Below are positions 19,501 to 28,891 of a DNA stretch of 44,281 nt, piece by piece. The position numbers were made by a program, and so were the translations under genes. Location: contig JAGGZI010000014.1 in assembly GCA_021162085.1 (NCBI GenBank), forward strand, positions 1 through 44,281, in the 5' to 3' direction. This DNA is from Candidatus Aenigmatarchaeota archaeon. Its GTDB lineage: Archaea > Aenigmatarchaeota > Aenigmatarchaeia > PWEA01 > JAGHBM01. The stretch's first letter is position 1. The number at the start of each line of letters is the position of its first letter. The notes under the pieces were generated by a model. It did no database searches and was not told the DNA's origin. It saw nothing but the letters and a program-made list of their open reading frames with translations.

Positions 19501-19577
19501 TTGAAGAACCTTTCAATGGTAAACTTTTAAGATATAAAGACAGGAAAATAAAATTTGAAATAGAAGTGATCAAATGA
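16536..19577 (+). CDS. ileS: Isoleucine--tRNA ligase (IleRS2-type)
   Basis: DGPITAN, GFDCHGLPIE, WTTTPWTL, GTGIVHIAP, DWNISRRRYWG; signature motifs GVHH and EMHKS. Confidence 0.95.
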   Translation: MYDPRKVEKEMLEFWEKNKIFEKLAKKNKGKKKFRFIDGPITANNPMGVHHGYARTLKDLYQRYKAMQGFDERFQNGFDCHGLPIEVEVEKELGLKSKRDIEKYGINNFIEKCKERINKITKIQTKQSIRLGQWMDWKNSYYTMSDENILHIWYFLKKCYEKGWIYKGHKVLPWCPRCGTSLSQHEVSEGYKTLTHKTVFVKFPLIGKKNEYLLVWTTTPWTLSSNVAAAVNPDIMYIKAEKDGEIYYLSKKTSKVLGEHKVLEELKGSEMVGWKYNGPYDELEAQRGIEHVVVPWGDVGEEDGTGIVHIAPGCGEEDFELGKKLGLKAISPLDEYGNFIKGFGWLTGMYVKDVRDKIFEDLKKKKMLFKIGEITHRYPTCWRCKEELVFRMTDSWFIKVDEIRDKLIEEANNVFWSPGHGKKLMNDWLKNMGDWNISRRRYWGLPIPIWICEDCGEMTVIGSLEELKEKAISGMDNLKDLHKPQIDNVILKCPKCGGKMKRIPEVGDCWLDAGIVPFSTLKYLEDRNYWKEWFPAEFVSEMREQVRLWFYSMLFMSVVLENRAPYEKVLMFEKVYDEKGQEMHKSGKNVIWFDDAIEKIGADVMRWMYAKTNLTQNVLFGYNIGKEIRKNLDYLMNISKYIKTFMNGPPEKIGEDLEKEDRWILSRLESTKKVVYESLENLIPYAAARNLEKFFINDISRNYIKLVRDRIKEDKRVPNILYLIFLDTLKLMAPFTPFITEYIYQDLFRKFEGKESIHLFDWPAHDDEKIDTKIEDMFEVMMKIIETSNAIRQEEGIRLRHPVKEMIISGPEKLEEYVKYLEPLLKRVGNVKNVKFEKAKMNYEVKLNYPVVGPKYGKQVKDMEKALKNMNGEEIVNEIENNNFVKILDKKLKREDLVIRVSSPEEGKGFIVNEVSGVVFLDLEETPEIFEERLIKELIRNVQQARKDNKLTIEQKIKLILSSDESTEDVIKGWLEKIKKSTGAIEILFEEPFNGKLLRYKDRKIKFEIEVIK

Positions 19578-20155
19578 AGGATAAACCAAAATTAAAAGAT
19601 CTCATAGAATTAGCAGAAAAAATAAAAGACAAAGACCTGAGAGAAAAAACCATAGAACTTCTAAAGGACCCAAAATTATCAAACAATTGGGAATACAAAG
19701 CTACGAACATTGAAAGGGTGCCAGCATGGATCGGCGCGCATCATGACTATGCTGGAGGTTTGATAGAACACACCCTCTCAGTCACAGAGTTGTCCATAAT
19801 GGCAGCAAATTATCTAAAAGAAAGGTATGACAAAAAAATAAATATGGACTTTGTGATAGCAGGAGCGCTCCTCCACGACATTGGAAAATTATTTGAGATG
19901 AGAGAAGAGAACAATGAATTCAAATTCAACGAATTCTTAATCGACCACATAAGACTTGGGGGCTCCGAGTTATATGCCCGCGGATTTCCAGAGGAAGTTG
20001 TACACATAGTTTTTGCCCATGCTGGAGGAGATGTACCGAGAACGATTGAGGCAAAGATAGTTGACATCATGGATAACCTGGACTCGACTGTTGAGAGTTT
20101 CGGTAAAGAAACACATTCACTCATTTACTTGTTGGGAGATAGTCTGAATGTTTAG
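19574..20155 (+). CDS. HD-domain phosphohydrolase (YhaM-like HDIG)
   Basis: HHDYAGGLIEHT, ALLHDIGK, PRTIEAKIV..MD. Confidence 0.85.
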   Translation: MKDKPKLKDLIELAEKIKDKDLREKTIELLKDPKLSNNWEYKATNIERVPAWIGAHHDYAGGLIEHTLSVTELSIMAANYLKERYDKKINMDFVIAGALLHDIGKLFEMREENNEFKFNEFLIDHIRLGGSELYARGFPEEVVHIVFAHAGGDVPRTIEAKIVDIMDNLDSTVESFGKETHSLIYLLGDSLNV

Positions 20156-21212
20156 ACAAGGACTCCTTGAGAAAGCGCTAAAGTTCATATCTTTGCTGGA
20201 AAATTACTCTCTAGTATATCACAAGGATGCTGATGGCGTTTGTTCCGCGGTACTACTGTCTAAGGTAAAAAATCCAACCCTGTCGTCTCCAAACGACTCA
20301 AATGGAATTAAAATATCTGATTCGTTGATGGAGAGACTAAATGAATTACCAAAAGCAGTTTTTACAGATCTACCCGTGGACCAGATGCCATACGAAAGAA
20401 TAAAGGTAAAAACTCTTGTTATAGACCATCATATTCCCACAAGAGATCTGAACAATTATGATAACTTCATTCATTTGAACCCTAGATTTAAGATGCCAAA
20501 TGCGTATCTTCCAGCATCATACCTTGTGTACAGAATACTGGAAAAAAAATACAAGAACATCAAAAAGTATTCCTGGATAGCCGGTGTTGGTGTGGTGGGA
20601 GATAGGGGAACGAATAGTTGCAGAGATTTGATTGATGTAATAGAAAGGGACTATCCAGAGCTTCTCATAAAAGACAAATATAATCCTAAAAAAATGTGGA
20701 GCAGCGAGCTTGGATTTTTTTCTAAACTAATTGACTCAAGCAAAGGAGTAAAAGGGATAAGGGGAATAATGAAGTCATATGAAATTTTCTTAAATGCTGA
20801 AAAACCAGAGGACATTAAAAATACAGAGTTAATGAATTATTATCGCAGGTTTCAGAGAGAGTTAGAGAATCTCATAATGGACTTCAGATATCACTCAGAG
20901 TTCTTCCCTGAAACAAATGCCTACATGTACAGAATTGAGAGTAAGTACAATATAGAGTCCACCCTATCCACAGTGCTTTCAGAAAAAAATCCTGATGCTG
21001 CCATATTTGTCTACAGAATTAAAAATGGATTACATATCAGTGCGAGATGTCAGACAGGAAGAATAAATGTCGCAGATGTCCTTAGAAATTTGTCAGAGGG
21101 GATTGGCTCTGGTGGCGGACATCCACAGGCAGCAGCAGCAAGCATCAGGAAGGAACATGCAAATAGATTTCTTGAGAGACTAAGAAACTATCTGGAGGGA
21201 ATGAAAGGTTAA
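20148..21212 (+). CDS. DHH/DHHA1 family phosphoesterase (RecJ-like)
   Basis: HKDADG, TD, IDHH, SAR, GGGHPQAA. Confidence 0.9.
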   Translation: MFRQGLLEKALKFISLLENYSLVYHKDADGVCSAVLLSKVKNPTLSSPNDSNGIKISDSLMERLNELPKAVFTDLPVDQMPYERIKVKTLVIDHHIPTRDLNNYDNFIHLNPRFKMPNAYLPASYLVYRILEKKYKNIKKYSWIAGVGVVGDRGTNSCRDLIDVIERDYPELLIKDKYNPKKMWSSELGFFSKLIDSSKGVKGIRGIMKSYEIFLNAEKPEDIKNTELMNYYRRFQRELENLIMDFRYHSEFFPETNAYMYRIESKYNIESTLSTVLSEKNPDAAIFVYRIKNGLHISARCQTGRINVADVLRNLSEGIGSGGGHPQAAAASIRKEHANRFLERLRNYLEGMKG

Positions 21213-21871
21213 AATCTTCCTAGAATAAATGCGTGGTCCTTTTCATACGGGTCCAGTTTCTTCCAGTCCATTACTTTAACTCCATGGGACTTGAGTTTTT
21301 CGATCTCGCTTTTATAAACTTCATCAGGAGATTTTGTAACATCTATACTTCTTGACTTGACTGCAAGCATGATATACTCACCATGATCAAGAAACATATT
21401 ACAATTCCTTATAGCTATTTCTGTTTCATCTGGTTGCGCTATATCACAATAAACGACGTCAACTTTCTCAATCAAATCCTCATAACTGCTTGGTTTTCTT
21501 GCATCCGCTAGAATTGGAATTAAATTTTTTCTTTGCTTACACAACTTTAAAAATTCTCTCATCATTCTTTCTGAAAACTCAACAGAGTAAATAATCCCTG
21601 TTTCACCAACTATATCGCTTATGTGGGACGGAGTTGTCCCGGTTGCAGAACCAAGGTAAAGAACTTTCATTCCCTTGCTAAGTGGTACTTGCTTTAGTCC
21701 CTTCTTTATTGCCGCAGCTAATTTTGACCTGATTGGCACCCATTCCCTGTATTCATCCTTCCCTATCTTTATCAAACTCTCGCCATACACTCTTTGTCCA
21801 GGAACGAGGTTCTTCGTAAATATTTTTCCTGAAGACTTGTCAAGAAAGATTCCATAAGAAATTTCCTTCAT
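21209..21871 (-). CDS. flpA: Fibrillarin (box C/D 2'-O-methyltransferase)
   Basis: VYGE, RSKLAAAI, VLYLGSATGTTPSHISD, DIAQPD. Confidence 0.96.
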   Translation of the reverse strand: MKEISYGIFLDKSSGKIFTKNLVPGQRVYGESLIKIGKDEYREWVPIRSKLAAAIKKGLKQVPLSKGMKVLYLGSATGTTPSHISDIVGETGIIYSVEFSERMMREFLKLCKQRKNLIPILADARKPSSYEDLIEKVDVVYCDIAQPDETEIAIRNCNMFLDHGEYIMLAVKSRSIDVTKSPDEVYKSEIEKLKSHGVKVMDWKKLDPYEKDHAFILGRF

Positions 21872-21879
21872 AGAGACAC

Positions 21880-22062
21880 CTATTTGGCATGCCTCTTCAG
21901 GTTAACTATGTATCCAGCTATCTTATTTCTCAATTTCTTTGATTCTATAAGATCTTTAAGAAATTCCTTGTTGCTTATGAAATCTGAGCCAAGATCATCT
22001 GGATACATATTTAGGAGTTCCCTACTTATGTTCTTTATCGAAGTTGTTCTTATCCTACCCAT
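21880..22062 (-). CDS. rps17e: 30S ribosomal protein S17e
   Basis: MGRIRT...DF..NK...SKKLRNKIAGY. Confidence 0.93.
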   Translation of the reverse strand: MGRIRTTSIKNISRELLNMYPDDLGSDFISNKEFLKDLIESKKLRNKIAGYIVNLKRHAK

Positions 22063-22173
22063 AGAGTCACCTTCCTGAGTATCTTAGATTAATTTTAAAA
22101 ATCATCTATATATAGATTACATTTAAATTTATTTTCTAAACTTTTTATACGTTTGACTGCATTATTGATTAAT

Positions 22174-23214
22174 ATGCTGTACATAACTTATTCATTGTTG
22201 GGTATCTTCGCACTTGATCAGAGAAAGAATATTGTAGAGTACAGTCCTTTCCCGAAGAAACCAGAAAAAATAATACAGAGACTCGAAGAAGTTAAAAGAG
22301 GTGAAATAGTTCCAGAACTTGAGAAAATTCTTGGAAGGATAAAAGACAAAAACATAGTCACAAATATTCCATTTAAGCATAATAACTTTCATATTGAGTA
22401 TAAAGAAAAAATCTCCTCGATAGAATTCTTAAAATCAAGAGATACCGCCCTGAAACTTGGCTTCGTGAACAGTATTGAGGAATTCAACAAACTTCTTTCT
22501 GATATACAAATCACAAGAACAAAGAATGAAATAAAACTAATGGAAAGAAGGGATAGGATAGCCATGCAGGTGGTTTCTGCTATAGATGACTTAACAGACA
22601 TAACAAACAGACTATCTGAAAGACTTCATGAATGGTATGGTCTTTATTATCCAGAACTTGAAAGAAAGATAAAGGACAACAAAAAATATTCAGAAAGAAT
22701 ATCAGAGAATCCAATAAGAGACTATGAAAAAACCATTGGTATGGAATTTGAGAAGGGAGATATTGATGCCATTGAAAAATTTGCTAAAGAAACAAAGAAC
22801 ATATTTGGGCTAAAAACAGTCCTGGAAAAATATATAGATGAACTGATGTTAAGTATAGCGCCAAATGTCACATCAATAACAGGATCCATACTTGGGGCAA
22901 AGCTAATATTGCTTGCAGGTGGACTTGAAAAATTAGCAAGGTTACCCTCTTCAACTATACAGCTTCTGGGAGCAGAAAAAGCTCTGTTCAGATTTATGAA
23001 ATCCAAGAAAAAAAGTAGGCCACCCAAGTATGGTGTTTTATTCCTTCACCCCGAAGTAACCAATGCTCCACCGGAGCTCAAAGGAAAAGTAGCAAGAATA
23101 ATAGCAAGTCTTATTTCAAAGGCAGCAAAGACGGACTTTTATGCAAAGGAAGATAGGTCAGAAATTTATAAAAGAGAATTTGAGAGAAAAATGAGAGAAA
23201 TTAAAGAGAATTAA
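22174..23214 (+). CDS. nop5: Nop5 (Nop56/58) box C/D RNP protein
   Basis: ERLHEWYGLYYPEL, APN, PSSTIQLLGAEKALF, PPKYGVLF; ATG 22174 preferred over TTG 22153. Confidence 0.93.
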   Translation: MLYITYSLLGIFALDQRKNIVEYSPFPKKPEKIIQRLEEVKRGEIVPELEKILGRIKDKNIVTNIPFKHNNFHIEYKEKISSIEFLKSRDTALKLGFVNSIEEFNKLLSDIQITRTKNEIKLMERRDRIAMQVVSAIDDLTDITNRLSERLHEWYGLYYPELERKIKDNKKYSERISENPIRDYEKTIGMEFEKGDIDAIEKFAKETKNIFGLKTVLEKYIDELMLSIAPNVTSITGSILGAKLILLAGGLEKLARLPSSTIQLLGAEKALFRFMKSKKKSRPPKYGVLFLHPEVTNAPPELKGKVARIIASLISKAAKTDFYAKEDRSEIYKREFERKMREIKEN

Positions 23215-23223
23215 CATTTATGC

Positions 23224-24015
23224 TCATTTTATTCTTATCAATGTACCCACATTCTCTCCTAACAATGCTTTCTCTGTCGTACCTTTCTTGCTTGCATTAT
23301 ATACTACACTTTCTATGCCCTTCACATCTTTTATCAACTTATTTAATTTCTCCTTCATACCACCCGTCACATCAACAGAAGTAGAACCAGAGACCATGCC
23401 AGGAATGGTTTTGTAATTTCTGTTGTTTATTTCCTTTATCAAACTGGCGCCTTTAAACAACTTTGGGTCCTTGTCAAAAATTCCATCCGTGTCTGTTCCC
23501 ATTAATATTCTCCCTGCACCTAACTTTCTAGCAAGATGGGGAACTATATCATCTCCCGATATAATCGAGGTACCTCTACTCAAATCAACAACCATATCAC
23601 CATACAAAAGAGGTATTACATCCATTTTGAGCAAATTTTTTATATGTTCCGTTTCGAAGGAGATTATGTTTCCATTGTTTTGAACTACGCAACTCATTGG
23701 ATGTATTGGAACAGAACTCACATTACTCTTTAAAAACTCCTCCCATATGATCCTGTTCAAATCTTCAACAAGTTTGTGAACCATCGCCATTCCGAACTTC
23801 GTCTTTTCGTCCTTTATTCCGTATTCAAGTCCGTATCTTCTTACAGGCATGTGACCAAAGCTTCCAGCGCCATTGACAAGAATTAGCTTAAATTTTCCAT
23901 TTTCCTTGGCGTTGATTATCTCCTTAACGAGTCTCTTTATGACCTTTCTCCTTGGAGTTGCGTATCTATCTTTATCCGTTATTACACTTCCTCCTAACTT
24001 TAAGATCTGTAACAT
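23224..24015 (-). CDS. ipk: Isopentenyl phosphate kinase
   Basis: LKLGGSVITDK, GAGSFGH, GDMV, SGDD, DVTGGM. Confidence 0.92.
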   Translation of the reverse strand: MLQILKLGGSVITDKDRYATPRRKVIKRLVKEIINAKENGKFKLILVNGAGSFGHMPVRRYGLEYGIKDEKTKFGMAMVHKLVEDLNRIIWEEFLKSNVSSVPIHPMSCVVQNNGNIISFETEHIKNLLKMDVIPLLYGDMVVDLSRGTSIISGDDIVPHLARKLGAGRILMGTDTDGIFDKDPKLFKGASLIKEINNRNYKTIPGMVSGSTSVDVTGGMKEKLNKLIKDVKGIESVVYNASKKGTTEKALLGENVGTLIRIK

Positions 24016-24020
24016 AATAA

Positions 24021-25016
24021 TCAGAATAGGTGTTTTTTGCTTAAATAAGCTCCTCTTCCAGGTCTTGCCTCAACCAATTCTTTAATTGACTTTAGTTCCT
24101 TCAATCTTTTCTTTATCTTCTTGACATCTTCCTTCAAGCAAAGAACCTTAACATTTGGTCCAGCATCTATGGTGAAGTAGCACTCCAATCCATCCCTTCT
24201 TAACTCCATCACTTTATGCATCACCTCCAGCGTGCTTGGCATCCAGTATATCAGAGAAGGTACTGTAGAAATCATCAAAGCATGCATCTTCAAACAATTA
24301 TGTTCCGACGTTTTCCCCAAGTTTGTGAAATCTCTCTTCCGTATTGAACTCTTAACAATTCTTAAATCATTTTTTATTGTTTTCAGCCATCCTGTATAAA
24401 ACGGAGAAGTTTTCACAGTATATCTCATTCCATCGGCACTACTGATTTTTTTCTCTAAGGTCGTCAATATAGATACCAATATCCTAAAATCTTTCCAATG
24501 TGTCTCATTTGCTATCTGTTCTGCATAACTATCTGATCCATCACTTCTCTTTCCTCTATGCCACTCAACGAAACCTCCAAACAAAGACCTTGCAGCTGAG
24601 CCTGATCCAGACATACGAGCCAAAATTGATACCTCTCTATCACTAAGATTCAAGTCCAGTGCATTTGAGCATGCTAAAGCCAGAGCAGAGAACCCAGATG
24701 CACTGCTTGCAAGCCCGGCCGCTGTAGGGAAATTGTTTTCACTCACAACTCTAACAGGAGATTCTTCACCGGAGATTCTTCTTATAAAATTGATAAAATT
24801 AAGTGCTCTCTTGAGTTTCTCACCAGTCACTCTTTCTCCGTTGATTACGATTTCATCCTTTTTGTAATCCCTGGAGAACTCTACGGTAGTCTTGGTTAAA
24901 AGCTTATCCAGAGTTACGGATATACTCCCGTTGTATGGAAGAACAAGTTTGTCATCTCTTCTACCCCAGTACTTAATCAATGCTATGTTAGATGGCGCTA
25001 CTGCAGTTACTTTCAT
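24021..25016 (-). CDS. mvaD: Diphospho-/phosphomevalonate decarboxylase (GHMP family)
   Basis: NIALIKYWG, NNFPTAAGLASSAS, SGSAARS, TIDAGPNV. Confidence 0.9.
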   Translation of the reverse strand: MKVTAVAPSNIALIKYWGRRDDKLVLPYNGSISVTLDKLLTKTTVEFSRDYKKDEIVINGERVTGEKLKRALNFINFIRRISGEESPVRVVSENNFPTAAGLASSASGFSALALACSNALDLNLSDREVSILARMSGSGSAARSLFGGFVEWHRGKRSDGSDSYAEQIANETHWKDFRILVSILTTLEKKISSADGMRYTVKTSPFYTGWLKTIKNDLRIVKSSIRKRDFTNLGKTSEHNCLKMHALMISTVPSLIYWMPSTLEVMHKVMELRRDGLECYFTIDAGPNVKVLCLKEDVKKIKKRLKELKSIKELVEARPGRGAYLSKKHLF

Positions 25017-25086
25017 AGTCTCTTGATTACTTGAATATTGTATTTAAAAATAACTACGACGAATGTCTTGAAAATCGACAAATTAT

Positions 25087-25408
25087 TGGTGCGGAGGGCC
25101 GGATTCTCACACGACTCACAGGAACCATAGATTCCAGTTCTCCCTCACTCTTGACCACTCCTTCAAAATTGTTAGGAAAACTCTTTTCGAGTTTTCCAAG
25201 TTCTTTCCTTTGATGCTTTCATATTTTGGTTGGGTTGCCCGGACTGGTCCAGACTATGGAACCCAACCTATATTACGAAAGGCTCATTCGAACCGACGAA
25301 CCCACTAAGGGACCAGATCTTGAGTATCACCTATCATCTGAGTATCAAAACTCAAGACTGAAGCTGGCGCCTTTGGTCCACTTAGATTGACCACTTGGCT
25401 ACCTCCGC
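25087..25408 (-). tRNA. tRNA-Leu(CAA), 3 non-canonical introns (D-loop: 25373-25386; 30/31: 25326-25363; 59/60: 25104-25286)
   Basis: Spliced GCGGAGGTAGCCAAGTGGTCAA/AGGCGCCAG/ACTCAAGATCTGGTCCCTTAGTGGGTTCGTCGGTTCGAA/TCCGGCCCTCCGCACCA; long variable arm; BHB helices GGUC/GACC, CGCC/GGUG, UUCG/UGAG. Confidence 0.88.
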
Positions 25409-25445
25409 ATTAATAAAAAGAATTATAGAAATAGAAATAAATAAT

Positions 25446-25928
25446 TTATTTAATTTGGGCAAGTTCACTTCTCAAGTGTTTTAGTTCCTCTTCTAATTCG
25501 TATATTTCCTCACCAACTCTCGACTCTGGTTCTTGAGGGAATTTGACCTTTCCTGGTTCTACAAATATTTCGTCCAAAGAAATCAATGTGTTGGTAAATT
25601 CGGCAGTAGTATTCTTTATTCTTGTTATTAAGTCGGACCTTATTCCATCCAACTCATTTGAGAATGATATCAATCTTGTCAAAGTCTTCAGGTAAGTTTT
25701 CAATTCACTTAATTTTTTTATGACATCTTCATACTTGTCTATTTTAACGAATAAGGGAGCAAAAGATTTTGGAGCCTCTTGAATCTGCTTGTTTAAACGA
25801 ACTGGCTGAGAAACCTGTGGTGGAGTAACTTCTGGAGGTGGCGGAGGAGGTAAATTCTTGTTTTCAATCTTATTCTTTATATCCTCTATCTCCTTGCTTT
25901 TCTCGTTACTCTTCTTCCAGAAAGCCAT
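25446..25928 (-). CDS. Hypothetical coiled-coil protein with Pro-rich linker
   Basis: PPPPPP linker, APLFVKIDKY motif, coiled-coil C-terminus. Confidence 0.75.
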   Translation of the reverse strand: MAFWKKSNEKSKEIEDIKNKIENKNLPPPPPPEVTPPQVSQPVRLNKQIQEAPKSFAPLFVKIDKYEDVIKKLSELKTYLKTLTRLISFSNELDGIRSDLITRIKNTTAEFTNTLISLDEIFVEPGKVKFPQEPESRVGEEIYELEEELKHLRSELAQIK

Positions 25929-25990
25929 ACTACCACATAATAATTTAAAAAATGATTATATAAATCTTTTTCTTTTTATTTTGATAAAAT

Positions 25991-26228
25991 TGGTGCGCCA
26001 GCCGGGACTTCCACCCTACGGAGGGACACCAAGGTTTCCCTCCTTATGGGTATATTCTCCCTTCCTTTTAAAATTGGCAAAAGCGAAGCTTTTGCAAGTT
26101 CTTTCCTATTGCCCTTTCTTCTGAAGAAAGGCAATTTTGAACCCGGGTCTCGAGCTGTCTCCACTCCAACTCATTTGACTGAGTAAATTGCTTGGGAAGC
26201 TCGGGTCCTACCACTAGACTACTGGCGC
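25991..26228 (-). tRNA. tRNA-Gly(CCC), 2 introns (37/38: 26157-26192; 59/60: 26008-26135)
   Basis: Spliced GCGCCAGTAGTCTAGTGGTAGGACCCGAGCTTCCCA/AGCTCGAGACCCGGGTTCAAA/TCCCGGCTGGCGCACCA; BHB helices UUCC/GGAG and UUCA/UGGA. Confidence 0.92.
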
Positions 26229-26273
26229 ACAACAAATATTTATAATTTTCTCTTTATTATATCTTAGGGTGTT

Positions 26274-27362
26274 TTGTTGAGAGTAAAAACAAAAGATGGT
26301 GTTAGAGATTACAGAACTGTTTGGTTTGATGAAAAAATTAATAGTTTAAAAATGATAAATCAGCCACTTCTCCCACATAGGTTTGATATAGTTTCTCTTG
26401 AAAATTATAAAGAAACTGCATCCGCAATTAAGAATATGGTGGTTAGAGGTGCCGGCGCAATAGGTGCAACGGCTGCGTATGGATTAGCTCAGGGTTGCTT
26501 GGAATACAAAGGTAATGACATCGATGAGTTATGGAAGCATATTGAAAAGGTTTATGAAACTCTTAAAAATACGAGGCCAACTGCTGTAGACCTAATAAAT
26601 GGAATGAATTATGTGAAATCCAAAATGGAAGAAGGTAACTCAGTAAGAGAATTCAAGGAACTCTCATTAGAGGCTGCACAGAAATTCGCAGATAAACAAG
26701 TTGAAGAGTGTAAAAAGATAGGAAATTACGGAGAAAAACTTATAAAAGACGGTTCAAGAATTCTCACACATTGTAATGCAGGTTGGCTTGCATTTGTGGA
26801 CTGGGGTTCTGCAACTGCACCGATGTATCATGCAAAAAGAAATGGAAAAGACATATTTGTTTTTGTTGATGAAACCAGACCAAGACTCCAAGGTGCAAGA
26901 TTGACTGCATGGGAATTATCACAGGAGAGTATAGAACATGACATAATAGCCGATAATGCAGCAGGGTATTATATGAAGAATGACGAGATAGATATGGTAA
27001 TAGTTGGTGCCGATAGAGTCATCGGAAAAACTGGTGATGTTGCGAACAAGATAGGCACATATGAAAAGGCTGTGTTGGCAAGAGAAAATGGAATTCCATT
27101 TTACGTAGCTATACCAATGAGCACGATAGATTGGAATTTAAAATCTGGTGATGAAATACCAATTGAAGAGAGAGATGAAAAGGAAGTTCTCTACGTGTGG
27201 GGCATAGACGACAATGGAAATAGAAAGAGGGTGATGATAGCAAACAAGGATAGCCATGCTCGAAATCCAGCGTTTGATGTAACTCCTGCAGAGTACATCA
27301 CTGGTATAATAACATCCAAAGGAGTGTTCAAGCCTGATGAACTAATAGAATTAAAGAAGTAA
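26274..27362 (+). CDS. mtnA: S-methyl-5-thioribose-1-phosphate isomerase (eIF-2B alpha/beta/delta family)
   Basis: MVVRGAGAIG, TRPTAVDL, LTHCNAG, ETRPRLQGARLTAWEL, NKIGTY, NPAFDVTP. Confidence 0.92.
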   Translation: MLRVKTKDGVRDYRTVWFDEKINSLKMINQPLLPHRFDIVSLENYKETASAIKNMVVRGAGAIGATAAYGLAQGCLEYKGNDIDELWKHIEKVYETLKNTRPTAVDLINGMNYVKSKMEEGNSVREFKELSLEAAQKFADKQVEECKKIGNYGEKLIKDGSRILTHCNAGWLAFVDWGSATAPMYHAKRNGKDIFVFVDETRPRLQGARLTAWELSQESIEHDIIADNAAGYYMKNDEIDMVIVGADRVIGKTGDVANKIGTYEKAVLARENGIPFYVAIPMSTIDWNLKSGDEIPIEERDEKEVLYVWGIDDNGNRKRVMIANKDSHARNPAFDVTPAEYITGIITSKGVFKPDELIELKK

Positions 27363-27656
27363 TTAGCTGAAAATTCCTCCAAATCCTTCCATCGCTGATT
27401 CTTCCATTTCTTTCATTTTCTTTATGACCGTTTCCTTTTCTTCTCCATCAAGCTCTTGAGCAAGTTCCCTAAGTCTTTCTTCTGCCTCTTTGCATGCTTC
27501 TTCGGAGCCATCTATTAATAAATAGTCCCCCTCTTTTTCTAGACCCAGAGACACATTATCTCTAAATGTTATGCTTTGCCTTCCTATTGGATCTTCCTTA
27601 ACAACATCTTTTACCTTGTTTAAATTTTCCTTTTCAACGAAAAATACTACCTGCAT
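27363..27656 (-). CDS. Hypothetical acidic protein
   Basis: 97-aa ORF with GAGGTG RBS, ends in GFGGIFS. Confidence 0.75.
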   Translation of the reverse strand: MQVVFFVEKENLNKVKDVVKEDPIGRQSITFRDNVSLGLEKEGDYLLIDGSEEACKEAEERLRELAQELDGEEKETVIKKMKEMEESAMEGFGGIFS

Positions 27657-27685
27657 GCTAACACCTCTAAAAATATAAGATTATT

Positions 27686-28846
27686 TCATTTATAAACTTT
27701 TAATGACTTCTTTATTCTTTTGATTGCTTCATCCAGTTCATCTATTGTTGCATTTCCACAGGAGAATCTCATATGTCTTTTGCCTCCTGGGCCGAAAGCG
27801 CTTCCTGGAACACCGGCAACACCATTCTTTATCAAAACATCTGAAAATTTCATATCATCAATATTGTCGGGAAGTTTTGGAAAGACATAAAAAGTTGAAT
27901 CCGGCTTTTGGACCTTAAATCCCAAGTCCTCAAGTTCATCGGATAAATGATTCACGTTCTTCTTGTAGCGCGGAAGGACATCATCTGTATATCTCTTTAT
28001 TAATCCATTTTCAAGAGATCTTGCATACGCATGCACGACCGATGATGGAGCTGAAGGATTTATTATTTGAACCTTTGGCAACAATTCTTTAATTCTTTCC
28101 CCATTTTTTGATGAGATCCATCCAAGCCTCAGGTCTGGCATGAACTTCTTTGATGCTGAATTTACCTGAATGGCGTTGTCGTCATATGATAATATTGAAT
28201 GATGCTTCCTACCATCAAAAATCAGTTCATCGTAAACTTCATCCGAAACAATTCCAAATTCATAATCATTGGATAGGTCTGATATGAGTTTCAATTCTTC
28301 TTCTCCATATCGTGTTCCAGTTGGATTGTTTGGTGTTGCGAAGACAAACATCTTTGGTTTTTCTTTCTCGACTTTTTTCTTCAAGTCTTCCTCATCAAGA
28401 GAAAAATCTGGATTTGTTTTAACATACCCTACTTTTATTCCCTCAGGCATCATATCGCTAATGGATTTTATCTGCCCTTCGTAAAGCAAGAATGTTACAT
28501 CAGGAAGAAGAACAGTGTCTCCATCCTCGAGGTAAGAAACAAAAATTGAAAAGAGCGCTCTGCTTGCACCCCCATCCATTATGCAGAAATTTTCCTTTGG
28601 AATATCGATGTCATGTCTTTCTTTGTAATGTTTAGAGAAAACTTTTCTTGAGTAATCCGAACCACATGTTGGTGCATAACCACCATTATCGACTTCATTA
28701 ATATACCCATAAAATTCCTCTATCATATCTCTCTTGGGTTTCTCCGGGTCCCCCCTCGCAAGACTTATCGTACCGGGAGGCATATCAGAAATTATCTTCC
28801 TTATTATCGTTTGGGATCTTCCCTTGTAGTCGTAGTTTGGCCTCAT
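27686..28846 (-). CDS. Class I/II PLP-dependent aminotransferase
   Basis: TPNNPTG, SDEVY, SASKKF..LRLGW, PGSAFG..RFS. Confidence 0.92.
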   Translation of the reverse strand: MRPNYDYKGRSQTIIRKIISDMPPGTISLARGDPEKPKRDMIEEFYGYINEVDNGGYAPTCGSDYSRKVFSKHYKERHDIDIPKENFCIMDGGASRALFSIFVSYLEDGDTVLLPDVTFLLYEGQIKSISDMMPEGIKVGYVKTNPDFSLDEEDLKKKVEKEKPKMFVFATPNNPTGTRYGEEELKLISDLSNDYEFGIVSDEVYDELIFDGRKHHSILSYDDNAIQVNSASKKFMPDLRLGWISSKNGERIKELLPKVQIINPSAPSSVVHAYARSLENGLIKRYTDDVLPRYKKNVNHLSDELEDLGFKVQKPDSTFYVFPKLPDNIDDMKFSDVLIKNGVAGVPGSAFGPGGKRHMRFSCGNATIDELDEAIKRIKKSLKVYK

Positions 28847-28891
28847 ATCAAAAATAATGAACGTAAAATTTTAAATAGATGGAATTAGAAT

